A stretch of 62,186 bases of DNA, counting the filler, from Choristocarpus tenellus KU-1152 (taxonomy: Eukaryota; Protista; Phaeophyceae): NCBI GenBank assembly GCA_964200185.2. It is 11 parts of 11 records of this genome, joined end to end, with 100 filler letters (N's around TTAATTAATTAA, not from the genome) between each part and the next. Parts side by side here need not be neighbours in the genome. Positions count along the whole stretch, not along the records: positions 1 to 10,165 come from CAXNAD020003106.1; positions 10,266 to 15,302 come from CAXNAD020012094.1; 9 more parts are not named here. One strand, written 5' to 3'. The notes under the pieces were generated by a model. The model was given only the letters and a program-made list of their open reading frames with translations, was not told the DNA's origin and made no database searches. This document shows, piece by piece, positions 1 through 11,119 of the stretch. The position numbers and the translations under genes are program-made. Positions within the stretch are counted from its first letter, which is position 1, and every line of letters begins with the position of its first letter.

Positions 1-56
1 CCCCTGCCCCGCAAACCTTAACCGCCTGTACGTGTGCATTTACTATGGTGTGTTAG

Positions 57-1162
57 GATGGATCCTCACAAGTGAGCCAGGTGGACCTTGCCAAAGGTTT
101 GAAAACCAGGAAAAAAAACGAGAAGGGAGGAGACTTTGACCTGGCAGGGTTGCTGAAGAAGACGGCGAAGATTGGAGTTGACGACTTAAGGAGGCAGTTG
201 AAGAACCCACTTCGGGACAATCAGGCAAGAGAGCAGCCTGGGATTGGAGGCTGCAGCAGGGCATGAGTGGTTTTGTCGGAGTGGAGTGGGGGAGTTGGGG
301 GAGGGGGCGTTGAGAATTCTTTTTTTTTGTATGGTATTTTTTTGTTTTCTTGGTGCCTCCTTGTTTATTTGTTGGGTTTTTCTTGTGGGAGGGATGTATT
401 TTTTGTTAACCCTAACCCTAATTATGGTTGATAGTTGTGTTCTAGCATTATAGATTGAAAACAAAAATGAAGTTGACTGAAGGTGTCTTCCCTTCTAGTG
501 CTCCTGATGAGAATAATGGTGTTGCCTGTGATAGTTCCACACCTGAGGGTCTTCCAGAAATGGAATGCTGAAAAACGTGCCGCTTCCCCTCCCCTGCCTC
601 ATAGACTCTGGTAGATGTTGGCAGCCCTCATGAACCTGAAGGAAAAGAATATCATAAAAATGTTGTTGACTCTGTACCATGACGAAAATGACATGTTTTT
701 GGACAACTTCCTAACTTTCCCCTGTCACCTCCAGCAGAAGCACTGGTTTCGACATGTATGTCAACAGTCCAGTTTAGCAGAACATTGGTGATAACACCCT
801 TGTTATGTGTCATGGTATCAATATGTTTTTATGTGACCCTTGTTCAGGTCCAACCAAGGGATATTCTTCTAGGTACAACGGTGGAGCATGTGAAACTCCT
901 TCGTGATGACCTTAGGGCTTCCACTGTCCAGGCTATTCAGGAATCGGAGTGTCGACTGGAAGAACGCCTGATTGAGCTGGAGGAGAAGCTGGAGTCCACC
1001 ACAAACAGGCTTTTGGTCAACGTAGATAAGCCGCCTTTATGCCCTCCTGTCTCAAGGTCTGCTTCACCAGCATTGGGGAGGGCACGATTAGCCACTCCGG
1101 GTGGGACAAATGGAACAAGGAGCGGATCCCCTTCTGCAGCTACTCCTTCCTTACCCACATGA
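57..1162 (+). CDS. 3' end of an unknown protein (exons 57-224 and 848-1162; coiled coil then Ser/Pro-rich tail)
   Basis: Acceptor ttag|GAT at 57; exon DGSSQVSQVDLAKG...LRDNQ ends at a GC donor (CAG|gcaaga). The phase-0 acceptor ttcag|GTC at 848 opens VQPRDILLG...CRLEERLIELEEKLE...PSLPT* (stop ends 1162). Confidence 0.6.
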
Positions 1163-3222
1163 TGCAACCCAGTGGGGGGACAGTGAGAGAGCTGTTGTTG
1201 CATGTGTTTGTGTTGATGTTCTGACCATTGACCATGCGTTGCTAGTCTCCTCGCCGGAGCTCGTTATTTTTGGAGTTAAGACTATTGTGTAATATTGACC
1301 TTTTGAGTGGTTGGGACAGGCGTTGCTTGCTGTCCATTGTCCATTATGTTTCTGTTGTATTTGTTTGTTATGTTGTTGATGTAGGTATCGAGTGAAGGGG
1401 GTGATGGACTGGCGGTTGTGTTGAAAAGAGTGAATGTCACGACCTATGATACGTATTCGTAGTGTTGTGTCTGTGTGTGTGAGATGGTAGGAGGAGTACA
1501 GAAAGCTCGGGCTTCATAGTTTTGAGTATGATGGCTGTGTATCACTGTTGTAGTGTTTGGTATAGAAGCCGGAAAGATTGGGACTGGTTTCACACGGACC
1601 ATATAAATGTATGCGTGTAATGGATGTGAAGTGCTTTTGACAGGGAGCATATTATGTGTTGAGCAAAATTAGCATTTCTCTCTGTTGAAGTAAGGGTGTT
1701 GAAGCTTGGAGGGTGGAACAAGATACTGCGTTAGACTCTTTGGTGAACGATTGTGTGTGTTTTGACTGAAAGTCCTTTTTAATAGCCTGCTGGGAGAGGC
1801 AAGCATCTTTCCGTTGGTATTCCTGGTGTGGGTTTGGGTTTGCACGACCTGGGACAGGCAGGGTGGAGTGTCGGAGGGAACTGTTTTATGTGTGTTTTGT
1901 TGTGTTCTCTATGGTTGGCTGAACACCGTATACTTTGACTAGTGCTTTTGTGTGTTTTTAATTGGGTTCCATGTCTTACTGATGGAAGTGCGTTTATGAA
2001 TATATTCCACGTCTGTCTGTCCCTACACCTGGATCAGAAAGTACACGTAAGTAGCCCCAGAGTATATAATAATAGTGATTAGTCGTGGAAGTTAGAGTAG
2101 TATACATCCGTCTTCAAGTCAGCCTTTATTTCTGTTTTGATGGGCTTAAACAAGGATTGCTCATGGGTTCTGCATACTGTATGTTGAAGAGAAGAACCGC
2201 CCACCCTTTGAAATACCTAGTTAAAAGGACAAGAGTACGTGCTTGTCCTTAATATTATTCTTTTATGGATGCAAGGAAATGTAAACCTTCAGGAATGGAG
2301 TTCATTTACATCGGTCAGAGGGAAGCAAAGACAGACGATACTTCATACACATGCTGGGCATCTTTTAGAACTCAATCTAACCCATGAAAGGATTTGCCAA
2401 ATACAGTACTTCATTTTGTAGAGTGCTTTTTTTGTATTGACTTATATAGTAGGGTGGTCAGGAATTTCACTGCAACTTGAACAAATGTGTGCGAACACTA
2501 ACATTGTTTTTGCAATTGTAGGAAGCGACCAGAAGCAATAAATTGACGGTTACAGAGTGTCTGAGATTTCTTTTTCCACCTGGTTGTTACGTACGGTTTA
2601 GAGTATCACTCAAATGAAAGCAATTGATCTCTAGTTATACATTTTTCTAGTAGTCAAGAGTGAGAATAGTACTCATCATTAAAAAGTAAGTGTATGATAC
2701 ATAAATTACAATTAAGAGGGGGTGTTCTGACATTTGAATGGTTTCTCCTTTGACACATCTGTAATATGTCAGAGGGCATAATAATAAAAATAATAGTAAG
2801 AGTGTGGCGGACTTTGGGTAGAAGTGCGAAATACAACAGTATGCATGCACTCATAAAAAAGTGATTCGTAAAACAAGAGCAAAATGTATGTTGCGTAATA
2901 CTACTGAAAGAGTTACAATAGCTGTACTCGTTTCTTCCTCCCAAACGAGAACGCACACCAAACAGATCCACCCGATCAATTTCTCAATTTCTGTTCCAGA
3001 TAACCTAGAGTGACTGAGAAGAGGCGACCCCATCGTCAGGATGAAAAGGGAACGCCACTCCCCCCATCCCCCCCGTCCACAATCACCCCCATACTTCACC
3101 GAATCTTCTGGTCATTCTCCCTTCACCAATGTCCCCCCAATACAATATACTCCAGAATATAATCAGTGAGCGTCTTCAATGATCCTGCACCTACCTCTGT
3201 TACTGTTATTATTGTGGAAAAA

Positions 3223-3359
3223 GGCCCGAAGTATCTGGGGGGGGTGGTGGTGGCTGTCCATTGGAGTCAATTTTTTCATGTCGCAATTTTTGGGTGATTG
3301 GTTGCATAGTAAATGCACTTTTCCTGATTTTGGTCCAAATGGACACCCTGGTGTAGACG

Positions 3360-3408
<49 letters not shown>

Positions 3409-3606
3409 CCCTCCCCACCCCCCCCCACAAACCGCCCCCTCTTTCCCTCCCCTCTCCTTCCCTTTCCTTCTTTTNNNNNNNNNNTTTTTGTTTTTTTTTT
3501 GGTGGTTTTTGTTTTTTAAAATTTCCTTTTTTTTTTTTTTTGCTCAATGGACCGCCGCGGGGGGGGGCCCCCCCCCCCCCCCCCCCCCCTCCAGATACTT
3601 TGGTCC
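3223..3606. mobile_element. MITE family A copy (poorly assembled interior)
   Basis: TIRs GGCCCGAAGTATCTGGGG...CCAGATACTTTGGTCC; homopolymer noise and an N10 gap inside. Confidence 0.7.
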
Positions 3607-4017
3607 AAATTCCTCAACTATCCGAGGAGGAATTGTCTCTCTCTCCCTCCCTCTCTGTTGCGTAATCATTTGCTATCTTCTGTACCATCTCTAAAAACAA
3701 TTGTTGGTATTTACTCCGTAATACGTAAACAATCAGGGGTCTATACAATTGGAAATATTTTATTATTATGCCCTCCTAACATTTTGGAGATGTGCCAGGG
3801 GGAAAACTAATGAAAACTATTCACATGTCCGAAAAATCCCTGAAGAACAGTTGTCACAAATGTGAAAATTATTCATCTATTTCCTATTTTACTATGTTGT
3901 ACTGCTGTTTTGTTTTGCTCACGAATTCTGGATTATTATTATTATCACTTTATTCCTTGCTTGCCATTCATCTATTCTCCATTCCCCTTCTGGTTTCCTA
4001 TTTACCCTACCCCATTT

Positions 4018-4130
4018 GATGACCAACCAGTGTGAATGCCCTTCATCACTGATTGCCAGCCGTCCCCCACATTCGATGACCAACCAGTGCAAATGCCCTT
4101 CATCACTACTTGCCAGCCATCCCCCCCCAC
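4018..4130. repeat. Two-copy ~57-bp tandem duplication
   Basis: gatgaccaaccagtg..aatgcccttcatcact..ttgccagcc.tccccc occurs twice. Confidence 0.7.
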
Positions 4131-5222
4131 CTTTCAACCCACACAAGTTACCACTCCCCTCACCCCCACTGCAGTTCCCCACCACTCAACACCACTCCAC
4201 AATCATCCAAGAACACCCCTTCATGATCCACTTCAAACCGTGCCTTTGAGCTAGAAGACATGTACTCCACCGGAAGTTGACCTCCCCTTCCCCCCCCCAT
4301 TCCCAGTGTTCCCGTCGTTCGTTCGTGAGCAAGCGACGGGGTGGGTGGGTGGGAGTCACTTGCTCGGAGGTTGCCTTGGTCTCCCCTCCTCGTCTTGTAC
4401 CCCTGGTCTTCTTTCCTTTATCACTGACTGGATGCTGATCTTCCCCTTATCTACCACTCATTTCCATTATTAACCCTTTCTTCCCTTCCTTAACTATTCG
4501 TTCTCTTCCTGCTTCCTTCTTTTTCTTTCCCCTGCCCACGCTTGTCCTGTGCCCCCAGCCAACTAGAATTCTTCCGCCCACAAAACTCAGATTACTTCAT
4601 AAACTCTCACTTTGGAAATATTGGACCAAAAACAGTCGTGTTTTCATGGTTGCCATTATGATAGGAAGAGTGTTCAAGGTTAGTTTATGGGGCAACTGTA
4701 CTGACGGAAATCTATACTGCACCGTTGGTAACACTGGAGGCATTAGCATCACTATTTTTGGAAAACCGTGCTTTACCGTCAAAATTCCTCAACCGTACAG
4801 TGAGTTCCTACCGTTCATTGTACCGTCCAGATGTGTTCTATATTCCATGACCATACCGTAACCGTATACTGTGGTACAGAATTACTGGAGCAATTCAAAA
4901 ACCTTGAATCGTCGACAAAGAAGCAATGATATTTCCAAATGATCCCACTGACCTTACATATTTCGGAAGTTTCGGGGATATAGGCTGACATATAGAGGCA
5001 GACAAATTACTAGATAATATACATCGTGACTCATGCAGTGAGTGGGAGAGGTAATGGTGGTTTCTGCGAGAAGGGCACAGTAGAGGTATGTCCGCAGAAT
5101 TACCATGAGCCCTAAAAACATACACCTTGTGTGTTTTACGCTGGAGACAATGGGCCAGTAGAACAGGCGAGGCCTGATCAAGTCCTGGGTGGGTTTCTTC
5201 CCTTGCTCCTATATTGACTTCA

Positions 5223-5401
5223 GACCCAAAGTATCTGGGGGGTGGTGGTGGAGTCTACACCAGGGTGTTCATTTGGACCACAACCAGGAAAAGTGCACTT
5301 ACATTATCCATCCGATGTATGCAACCAAATTACCCAAAATCGCGACATGGAAATATTGGCCCCAAAAGGACAGCCGCCACCCCCCCCAGATACTTTGAGC
5401 C
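5223..5401. mobile_element. MITE family A, complete copy, TSD TTCA
   Basis: ttca|GACCCAAAGTATCTGGGGGG...CCCCCCCAGATACTTTGAGCC|ttca. Confidence 0.85.
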
Positions 5402-5935
5402 TTCATACGTAGTGCTAGTTGTCTAGCAGCACAGTAATGGTATCGGCTTGTTTTTGGATGTATTACATCGGATGCTAAACATGGGAAGGCGTTTGTTGTA
5501 AGCAACACAGACTCTTCTTGTGTTCCCTTCTGAGGACCTCTTCTCTCTCCCCCCCCTCTCCCCTACCACTCCTGTGCAAAGCATCAGCCGGCAAAAACAT
5601 TTCTACTTCGTCACCACTAGATCACATGGGCAATAAATATATAGGTTGATAGTAATAACAATGTTGGCAATCGTCAGGGTTAGGGTCAGAGTTTACACCA
5701 GAGAAAAGAAGGCATATCCAAAATATCCTTTACTTTCATTATTATAATTTCTAGTGTTGGTAGAAAAAGGAACAGGCCTCCTCCCATCCCTTATCCTTTA
5801 TTCAAAATTCGGTCATGAGACTGAGAGATATTAATCTCTCCAAAAAGTAAAATGCTAATTATTTCGTGTCCTGTGGGCAATGCAAAATACTCTGTACAGT
5901 AGTAGCAGATACTGTGGAGAATTTATCACCGAAGT

Positions 5936-6040
5936 GACTCAATGTATCGGGGGGGGGGGGGGTGGCGGCTGTCCATTTGGGGCCAATTTTTTCATGTTGT
6001 CGCGATTTTTGGATGATTTGATTCCATACGTTGGATAGAT
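5936..6040. mobile_element. MITE family A, truncated copy
   Basis: gactcaatgtatc + G-run + ggctgtccatttggggccaattttttcatg, as in the other family A copies. Confidence 0.65.
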
Positions 6041-6094
6041 AAATGATGAGTCGCCGAACTCTTCTGGGATTATTCTGCCTGTGTTCCTAGACGA

Positions 6095-6560
6095 CCGAAG
6101 CTTTTCACTGCGAAAGTGTTGAGGTTAAGGCTACGAGGGTCAAAAGTATCCCTTAATAGTGGTTGTGCCTGGCGACCTCAACTTCGTAACGTTGTAGTTT
6201 GTGGATCGTAAGTGATTGAAATAGTATATTGTTATTGTGTAGGTATGATTTTTTTTTCATTCAAGATGTAAGAAACATTTGTGTGGTTATATTGTAATAT
6301 TTTATCATTATGCCCTCTGACATTTTACAGATGATGTGTCAGGAAACCAATAAAAACTATACACATTGTCAGTATCAACCATGAAGAAATAAAATGTCAT
6401 AAATGTGAAAGCTACTAATCTATGTTGTTACTTCACCACTACCTATTATGTTTTACTACTGCCTTTCTGTGTCTCCAATCTACCTATACCTGTACCCCGG
6501 GGAGGAGGAGCTAGGGAGGCATCCCAAGAATCCAATAACCCCCTCCGTACCCATCTCCCT
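6095..6560 (-). mobile_element. Rearranged fragments of the RLE-type LINE (ORF end and 3' UTR)
   Basis: Matches 20150-20230 (ctacgagggtcaaaag) and 19700-19960 (ttatgccctctga; ctaggga.gcatcccaagaatc). Confidence 0.6.
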
Positions 6561-7073
6561 TGTAAGTAGAGTTGGAAGTTAGCGAATGATAATTGTACAG
6601 TTGTAGTAGTAGTTTGACTTTGTTATTATGTTGTGTATCTTCCTTCTATTTATATTACTTACTATCCATAAATGTCGTACATAGTAGAGGTAAAAGTCGA
6701 TTTATAGTTCAGAGGAGCGGAGGGAATGCTGTATACGTTCTGGTTCTAGGATCTGACATATTTTTTGCATTGAAATATGAATAATGTCTTGTTAAAGGAA
6801 GAGAAGTTTCGAATAAAGGTCAAACCGTTTAGGATAAAATGTTGTGTATGGAGACTCTTGGATGGTCGGTTGGACAATTATCTAGACCTTTAAACAAAAC
6901 ATGAACCAAAAACGAAGAAGTCACAACAGACACACAAGAACCTTTGTACACAAGAACATCTCTCCTGGAGTGTCAACGCAATTTTGAACAAGTTCCCTTC
7001 TCCTTAGGCCACATAGTCTCTAGTGAGGGCTCTAGTATTTTGCATTGCCCACAAAGTCAAAACCTTAACTACA

Positions 7074-8741
7074 ATGGGGACAGCCGCATCGGTTTGTGTG
7101 TGCATTGGTGATGATGACGACGAGTCAGGTACAAAGAAGTCGTCTGGGTGGTGTGTGGATGATGATGCGGAGGAAGCAGTCTTTATCCCTGAAGGTATGA
7201 AGTTGCCTACCCAACGTGCGACTATTTTTTGGCCCTCTGAGTTTACAACACCAAATCCCCCCTCCATCTAGTCATTCTTGCGTGAATGCTTGGTTAAGTG
7301 CTTCGTGATTCAGCAACAGCAACGATGCTTCTTTGTAACTACAATTTGAGCGCTGTGCTCTTGCGCATGAAAGAGGTGTCTGTGGGGCATGCGAAATTCA
7401 TCCGCCCTGTACCACTCTTGTTGCAGTGCCCATTGCCTGGTTCACTCTCCATATCTGAACCCAGTATATTGAAACAATTGACACCAGATGGAAGGACCAA
7501 GTATATCGTAACGGGTTTAGGAGGAGCAACCATTCGAGCAGGAGAACGACTGGAATCGCCTGTTATCAGGACACTACCGCAAGGAACGGTGAGCCCCTCT
7601 CGCTTAAAGTTGTAAGCTTTATACATTTGCTGCCTAACGCCCTATTTGTTTGAGTTGGAGTGCGAAAATGCTGAAGGTGTTTTATGCTCCTTGCACTTTT
7701 AGTGCGGTGTGTACGCGTGCTCTAACGAAAAGTGCATCAACCTCGAGGTGGTGGTTGGTTTCCATGCTGTACACGCACCACAAATTGTTATTCTTGGCGA
7801 GGATTAACTTGACAAATAGGCCCCATGAGGTGACTTTACCATGCCTAATATGGAGGATGAATGATAGTTTGACCTCACACAGTTCTTAGTCTTTTCTGTA
7901 TATGGTGTTTGTAACGAGGAGACACCTAGTCTGGAGTACATATTTTACCCTTACGCTTGATGATGTGACTGCAGAAGGTATTGCTTTACTACCTCGCTCT
8001 TTCACTCGCATGTAGTGGGTCAGAGGTCAATCTATTTTTAAAAATCGAACTTCGTGTTGATCAGTAAGCACTTTAAGGTTGCTTCACCTGAATTGAGGCT
8101 GGCTACATTACGATGATAGCACTGTTGACGGCCTAGATTATGGTATATGATTCTTCGGTGTCGTATGGACAGTTCCAGTGGACGCTTCTTGCCAAGTATG
8201 TCATTGCAACAGGAACTGATCTAGTTGTTCCTAGTTTGTGTGCGATGATGAAATCTTACAAAGGTAGATGCACAATGTCTGCTGGGCCCAATGGCCTGCT
8301 TGCATATAGATCTGTTGGCACATCTTCGACACTGAGAGGTTGCCCTCACTTCGTTAATATAATCAATGCAGTACATGTGTTCAGATCAAACTAAACGAAA
8401 TTGGTTAGAATTTAACATGTGCATTGTTCTGCATCAACATGTAGCACCACCCTTGCCCAGTACAGTCTTTTCTTACTGTGCATATTTTTATCCCTTCCGT
8501 CCACCTCCCATGCCGCCTCTGATACCCCCCCTCCCTTCCGAACAATGAACTGTTCCGAATTCTTTCGGAATGGTTACGTTTCGGATCACTTCATTGACGA
8601 TGAATTCAACAGATTGTGGATATTGATATAGTGCGTTCCAGGCGTGCTCGGATTACTCAACCCCTGAGGGGCTGGGGAAGTGTGTCAACCAAGAATGGTT
8701 ATGTCATCATGGAGCGTCTTGTGCGCCCCACGAAGTACAAG
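7074..8741 (+). CDS. 5' part of a predicted N-myristoylated protein with an SH3-like repeat (exons 7074-7194, 7488-7588, 8613-8741)
   Basis: GT-AG introns with compatible phases (1, 0) give MGTAASVCVCIGDDDD...FIPE-DGRTKYIVTGLGGATIRAGERLESPVIRTLPQGT-IVDIDIVRSRRARITQPLRGWGSVSTKNGYVIMERLVRPTKYK. The GAxIR..S..L..G..V...RARI..P..GW.S pattern is SH3b-like. Confidence 0.75.
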
Positions 8742-10165
8742 GTGGGGAAATAGATTAGCAAAAATAGATTAGCAAAACCTGTGTCTCCCCTCCCATCCCC
8801 CACCTCAGGGATGTGTGTTTTGAGTAATTCTGCGGCAGGAGTTGGTGATACTGAAAGGACGGCTATGTGGAGTATTTGGTGTAGGAACAGGGTAGAAACA
8901 CCAGGAGCTTCATTGTGCGGCATGTGTTACCAAAGGGTATACAGATTTTGGTCGCTAATGCTGCAATGCCTGCGGCATATACTCAGGCATAAAATGCTGC
9001 ACCTGTGCCAAATTTTGGTTCCCTGCTCCAATCAACAACTCAGGCTCTGTAGTGGTATGTAATATTTTCAATCTCACTGCTAACCTTCTGACTTAACTCT
9101 TTACCACACAAATATCTGAAATGCTAGTTCTGTCCCAAAAAACGAGCGAAGGTGTCTTCCAATGTATATGCTCAAGAACTGTGGGTGTTTTTTAACCTAG
9201 TCTGAGCAAGAACTGCAGACTTTTATTTAACCTAGTCCAAGTAGGCTTCAAATATCCAGAAAATGCTCAAAAAGGCAAAACGTATGTCAGTGGAATGTTT
9301 TTTTAGGGTCCTTAAGGTCAGGAGAATGTCATTTGTCTGGCCTGTGGAGCGGTCCTGTGTTACACATTTCTGAGTGGGTTGGTCCAGATCCGACACACTA
9401 ATTTCTATGGTCTGGTCCAGGAATATTTATGACAGAGCCAACCCAGAGCTGTCAGACATTCCTATAACAGTATGATCCAGTCGACCTGTCAGCCACGTTA
9501 GGCATGTCAATCACAGTGTAGAAAATATTTCAGCGATGATCCATCTAGAAGAGACTGAACTATGTTATTAAAAGTGATCATACTTGCCCACATGTATTTG
9601 GGACGATATGTGACGCTCATGCTTACTGTTGCTCATGGCGTGGTCAGTGGGTTGTTTACCAATCTTAAAGATCTAGCGTCAATAAAATTGCCCTCTTATT
9701 TCACAGGGGCAGCCCAGTGTAAAATACTTGTTACAATGTCAGTGTTGGGGCCACCAAATATTTTTGTGCCTGGTGTACTATCCACTCACACATTGATGAA
9801 AGGTTCTCATGCTTTCAATGTGTGAGCATGTTGAGGGTTGGGCCTATCTGCCTTTCTACTGTTGTTAAAACCATAGCTGTGACTCCCAGAACTAGAGAGG
9901 TGATACCTCTCTCCCCCCCGCAAGAGGGAGAAAAAATATATATTATTTTGTTATCCAACTTCGCTTTTTTGTTTCCAAGGAGTGTGTGATCTTTGACACA
10001 AGAGGGTACAGGATTAGACCCTTCAAAGGGAGTTATTCCATTCCAGGTACAAAATCAACTCACAGTGTTTTTTTTTGGGGGGGAGGGGAGGGGGGGGGGG
10101 GGGGTTTTTACTTTTTTTTTTTTGGAACCATTTTTTGGTAGTTGGTTTGTTTGTTTAACCCTTAT

Positions 10166-10265
10166 NNNNNNNNNNNNNNNNNNNNNNNNNNNNNNNNNNN
10201 NNNNNNNNNTTAATTAATTAANNNNNNNNNNNNNNNNNNNNNNNNNNNNNNNNNNNNNNNNNNNN
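10166..10265. other. Artificial contig linker; others at 15303-15402, 18864-18963, 22048-22147, 24957-25056, 31289-31388, 48123-48222, 50860-50959, 54159-54258, 58024-58123
   Basis: Identical 100-bp spacer of Ns around TTAATTAATTAA, which has stops in all six frames; seen ten times. Confidence 0.97.
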
Positions 10266-10630
10266 CTCCCCCCCAGATACTTGGACCCGTTACTTTCCTC
10301 AACATATATGATTTTGTCTGAATGAAGGTGGATCAACCACACATAAGTACAGAGATGTGAGAGCTGTATGGGCACTATTGTTATCTGATTATAGGGAAGT
10401 GTTTCAGTTTGTGTGGTGCAAGACCTTGCTCCTGCCACGATATCCAAACCTATTGTGGGTTTTCAGTTGGCTAACATCCAAATGGAGAAGTGAGGTAGAT
10501 GAAGTTTACTAGGAGTACTTCACAAACACCTAATCTCACAACAAGATTATTATTCAGATGAGAATGTTGTGGAGCACCAAAATTTCGGAGGAAACACATC
10601 CAACAACAGCCACAACAACGACAGGACGAA

Positions 10631-10852
10631 GAGTGAAACGTTTCTTAGAGGGTACGAGTTTTGCCCTGTTTATCTGTTTGGGGCTTGGTTTCCCAGTTTT
10701 TTTTTTAAATGACATTTTACGAAAAAGTGTGTCCGGAACAAGGATATTGACACTTCGTAACAAAACTGACAGTCAAAATTACATCGAAATCGTAACATTG
10801 GATTTTGGATCCCAAACCGATGCGGCTCCACCCTCTTAAGGTAATACGACTC
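10631..10852. mobile_element. MITE family B, degenerate copy
   Basis: gagtgaaacgtttcttagagggtacg...ccctcttaaggtaatacgactc. Confidence 0.75.
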
Positions 10853-11119
10853 AAAAAAGATGTTTCAATGTCACTTCAAACAAAGAGAACTTGACTGGGG
10901 ACAATAAGTGTCTTGGTGTGCAACCTCAAAGGATATTGGCTACGCACCTTGAAGCAAGCTATACTCTTCCATCCCTCCTCGGTGTGTGGATTGTGTGGCA
11001 TATACAAAATTCTGCTCCTCAACGCGCTTGAAGCATAGCAATAAAAATGTAGCTTGAGAACAAACAACGCTGGGAGGTCTGATGTATGACAACACTGCTT
11101 CAACATCAGGCCTACTCAC

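Noticed and set aside
3179-3694. Poly-Pro/poly-Gly ORFs
   Set aside because: They are translations of homopolymer noise inside a MITE A copy with an N gap.
4590-4890. Cluster of ACCGT motifs suggesting a subterminal-repeat element
   Set aside because: No convincing TIR pair or TSD was found.
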